From Cereibacter sphaeroides 2.4.1 (GTDB taxonomy: Bacteria > Pseudomonadota > Alphaproteobacteria > Rhodobacterales > Rhodobacteraceae): 32,000 bases of DNA. This document shows, in pieces, positions 31,213 to 32,000 of the stretch. A program made the translations under genes and the position numbers. The stretch spans positions 990,001 through 1,022,000 of the forward strand of contig NC_007493.2 of assembly GCF_000012905.2 (NCBI RefSeq), written 5' to 3'. Position 1 is the stretch's first letter; each line of letters opens with the position of its first letter. The notes beneath the pieces were generated by a model that did not search any database, was not told the DNA's origin, and saw only the letters and a program-made list of their open reading frames with translations.

Positions 31213-32000
31213 TCAGGCGGGGCGGGTGAGCCGGTCGAGCGCTGCGAGAATGGGGGTGGGATCCGTGGCGCGCGGCTGGGCGTGGGCGGCGGCTATGAGC
31301 GCCTGTTGGCGCTCGGGCGTGAGCCGGGCCAGCGCCGCGCCCAGATCTTCGGCCGAGCTCACGGGCAGGGCGGCGCCGGCCGCGTCGAGCGCTGCGAAGA
31401 CCTCGGCGAAATTGTGGATCGAGGGACCGTGGACCAGCGCCGATCCCGCCTCCATCGGCTCGAACGGCGTATGGCCGCCGCGCGGCGCGAGTGTGCCGCC
31501 GATGAAGGTCGCGCCGCAGAGCCCGTACCAGAGCCCCATCTCGCCCAGCGTGTCCGCGACATAGATCGGCGCGTCGGGCGTGTCTCCGCGCGAGCGGAGG
31601 CGGGCGTCGATCCCTTCAGTCCGGGCCAGGGCCAGAATCTCGGGGCCGCGCTGCGGATGACGGGGCGCGATCACCAGAAGGTCGAAGAGGTCGCGGGCGC
31701 TGCGGAAGGCCTGCAGCACCGCGGCCTCCTCGCCCTCGTGGGTCGAGGCCGCGAGCAGGCAGCGTGCCCGCGGCGGCGCGGGAAAGGGGGGCGTCGCGGG
31801 CAGGGCGGGGCGCACGCCCGCCTTCAGGAGGAGCCGCGGGCCGAGACGCTCCGGCGAAAGGCCCGCCGCGACGAAGCGCCGCTCGGAGGCCGCGTCCTGC
31901 GCCGAGAGCCAGCCGATCGCGCCGAGCATCTGCCGCAGGAGCCCGGGCGCAACCCTTCCCCAGCGCCGCGCCGAGCTTTCCGACAGGCGCGCGCCGATGG
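31213..32000 (-). CDS. waaA: 3-deoxy-D-manno-octulosonic acid (Kdo) transferase, C-terminal part (5' end beyond the window)
   Basis: The frame stays open to base 32000 (my translation upstream of M31929 reads ...IGARLSESSARRWGRVAPGLLRQ). The C-terminal glycosyltransferase region with FIGGTLAPRGGHTPFEP is typical of KdtA/WaaA. Confidence 0.85.
   Translation of the reverse strand, partial: IGARLSESSARRWGRVAPGLLRQMLGAIGWLSAQDAASERRFVAAGLSPERLGPRLLLKAGVRPALPATPPFPAPPRARCLLAASTHEGEEAAVLQAFRSARDLFDLLVIAPRHPQRGPEILALARTEGIDARLRSRGDTPDAPIYVADTLGEMGLWYGLCGATFIGGTLAPRGGHTPFEPMEAGSALVHGPSIHNFAEVFAALDAAGAALPVSSAEDLGAALARLTPERQQALIAAAHAQPRATDPTPILAALDRLTRPA

Noticed and set aside
1-32000. Mobile-element or horizontal-transfer signatures around the stress island (tRNA, integrase, flanking direct repeats, compositional shift), and CRISPR or rRNA/tRNA genes
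   Set aside because: None was seen by eye. Composition and codon style of the island match the flanks, and the island is bounded by ordinary housekeeping genes (tdh, mtnA). A computational GC-skew or k-mer scan and tRNAscan would be needed to be sure.

Overview
Very GC-rich, gene-dense chromosomal window whose gene content looks alphaproteobacterial, possibly Rhodobacterales-like (a guess from gene content only). By eye I found no rRNA, tRNA, CRISPR array, IS element, transposase or integrase. The window has four blocks. (1) 1-11.2 kb: the 3' end of a GntR/HutC regulator gene, then a promoter/operator region and a carbohydrate or polyol catabolic locus (SDR, class II aldolase-fold protein, CUT2-type ABC transporter, PfkB kinase, second SDR). 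A separately spaced aldehyde dehydrogenase-MFS pair follows. (2) 11.4-15.7 kb: an orphan membrane protein, SelO and kbl-tdh. (3) 15.8-25.6 kb: a stress-gene island. It holds a 28-aa hydrophobic micro-ORF, a CYP152-type peroxygenase P450, an 84-aa protein ending in SFPASDPP, HPII catalase KatE, a secreted acidic protein, Mpg glycosylase, and a 53-aa Pro/Asp-rich micro-protein that is not in the ORF track. It also holds a translationally coupled three-gene membrane module (ElaB/YqjD-like, holin-X/DUF1469-like, DUF3618), a GSP26-like protein, a small membrane-anchored protein and PsiE. Five promoter-proximal sites in this island carry GGAAC-N16/17-NGTT, the consensus of the alphaproteobacterial general-stress ECF sigma factor EcfG. 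Two sites are perfect, and one pair overlaps face-to-face. This is the most interesting signal in the window. (4) 25.6-32 kb: mtnA, DUF1178, NUDIX, a gpx-HDAC-like-thpR unit, nnrU, a G-tract-rich spacer and the 3' part of waaA/kdtA. Several very long ORFs in the track (1424, 780, 644 and 576 aa) are high-GC shadow frames and are rejected. All functional calls rest on motifs I recognise in the supplied translations; no database search was possible.
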